A stretch of DNA of 23,658 nt from Ginkgo biloba (lineage: Eukaryota; Plantae; Ginkgophyta): assembly GCA_024626585.2 (NCBI GenBank), contig JANKJI020000002.1, positions 123,448,956-123,472,613 of the forward strand, given 5' to 3'. The notes below the pieces were generated by a model. That model was given only the letters and a program-made list of their open reading frames with translations, did no database searches and was not told the DNA's origin. Of this stretch, positions 22,620-23,658 are shown piece by piece. A program made the position numbers and the translations under genes. The stretch's first letter is position 1. Each line of letters begins with the position of its first letter.

Positions 22620-23658
22620 ATTCACCAAGCAGTCTACTAAACCATTTTACCTATGTGAAATGTATTAAAAGTGGACATACTCCATGTATCTTAATAAATC
22701 CTTAGCCCCCTAAAAAAGGTCATCCAAAATCCAATCCGCTTTGCCCTATTTCTTCAAAATTTTATTTATCACTAGATTTTAATATCCTTGGACTAAAATG
22801 TGTTTAATACCTAGACCTTTGATATAAATTGAGCCTTTGATTATTATTATATACTCTGTTGCATTATTTTTGGCCTTTCTAATACCCTTTTCATAGAGTA
22901 ATGAAATACCGTCTCTTTATATATAGATGCAACCCCATGCTCTTTCTCTCCTTGGATTGTCCTTTGAAGTGCCATCAAATTTTAATATGGATTCAATGTT
23001 ATTCCCTATGAATACTATATGGAGTCTATCACTTTCCATATTAGTTTTTCCTTTAACAAAAGTGGGTTTCCATTTTGATTGATTTCAATTTTGTAGGATT
23101 ATAGTTTCTATTTCTAAGAGGGGAACTCTTTATGTTGTTAAATAATTATTTATTATATTTCCCCTCTAATATTTAGCCCCACCCTATCCTCGTTGCTACT
23201 ATGACCCTCAAATATTAGTTTGTTTTGAAAAACCCAAATATTCTAACTTACAAATGGGGGAAGTATATTCTAAATCACTTTTACTAGTCCTACTCAAGGG
23301 AGTTTGGGTAGGTACTTCTTTGGATATGAGTGTAGTAGAGCCCTCCAATATGGTGGCATATCCCAAATGCTTGGATTAACCTCCATCATTCCAAGGCCCT
23401 TCCTCCAAATTATGGATGTAAATAAGCACTATACAAAGAGAGGATTTATGCTTGTACTATTGCTAAGGCATAAAACACATCAATTTGGTCCTTGGAAACC
23501 ACTTTTTGAGAGGTTACCTTAGGTGAGTATTTTCCCTTTACCTATTATCCAATTAAAGCAGGATACTTTTGTCTAGTAAAGTGGGATCTAGATCAACTTC
23601 CACAACTATTTAGGAATAATTCCTTAGGAGGTTAGGGATATATCTAGGTTATCGTAGC
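22620..23658 (-). mobile_element. Degenerate L1-type LINE ORF2 3' part: zf-RVT/CCHC region followed by RNase H domain
   Basis: About 23575-23395 reads KVSCFNWIIGKGKILT*GNLSKSGFQGPN*CVLCLSNSTSINPLFV*CLFTSIIW (zf-RVT). About 23280-23205 reads I*NILPPFVS*NIWVFQNKLIFEG (W..IW..RN..IF). About 22990-22770 reads LKFDGTSKDNPRRERAWGCI...GIRKAKNNATEY...GIKHILVQGY*NLVI (FDGAS.GNPG...NN.AE...GDS.LVI RNase H). Boundaries are approximate. Confidence 0.85.

Overview
AT-rich, gappy (12 N-runs, 7 of exactly 100 N) eukaryotic genomic DNA from a land plant. The style of the retroelement relics suggests a large-genome non-angiosperm such as a gymnosperm, but that is inference only. The one intact gene is a four-exon, minus-strand Fe(II)/2-oxoglutarate-dependent dioxygenase (plant DOXC class), join(20161..19868,19765..19524,19442..19121,19039..18788), 369 aa. 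It has all GT-AG introns, the HxD...H and RxS motifs and a TATA box. It resembles the F6'H/S8H (DOXC30) and neighbouring DOXC31 groups but has atypical pocket residues and a His/acidic N-terminal extension. The rest is mostly decayed retroelement DNA: a Ty3/gypsy relic (protease, RT start, integrase-like), a gag fragment, and several L1-type LINE relics, one with a zf-RVT region plus C-terminal RNase H. There is also a younger CpG-retaining segment carrying a 184-bp higher-order tandem repeat and a 114-bp tandem array, a 33-34 bp minisatellite and a compound microsatellite. I see no multi-gene system. The best candidate for new biology is the uncharacterised specialised-metabolism dioxygenase.
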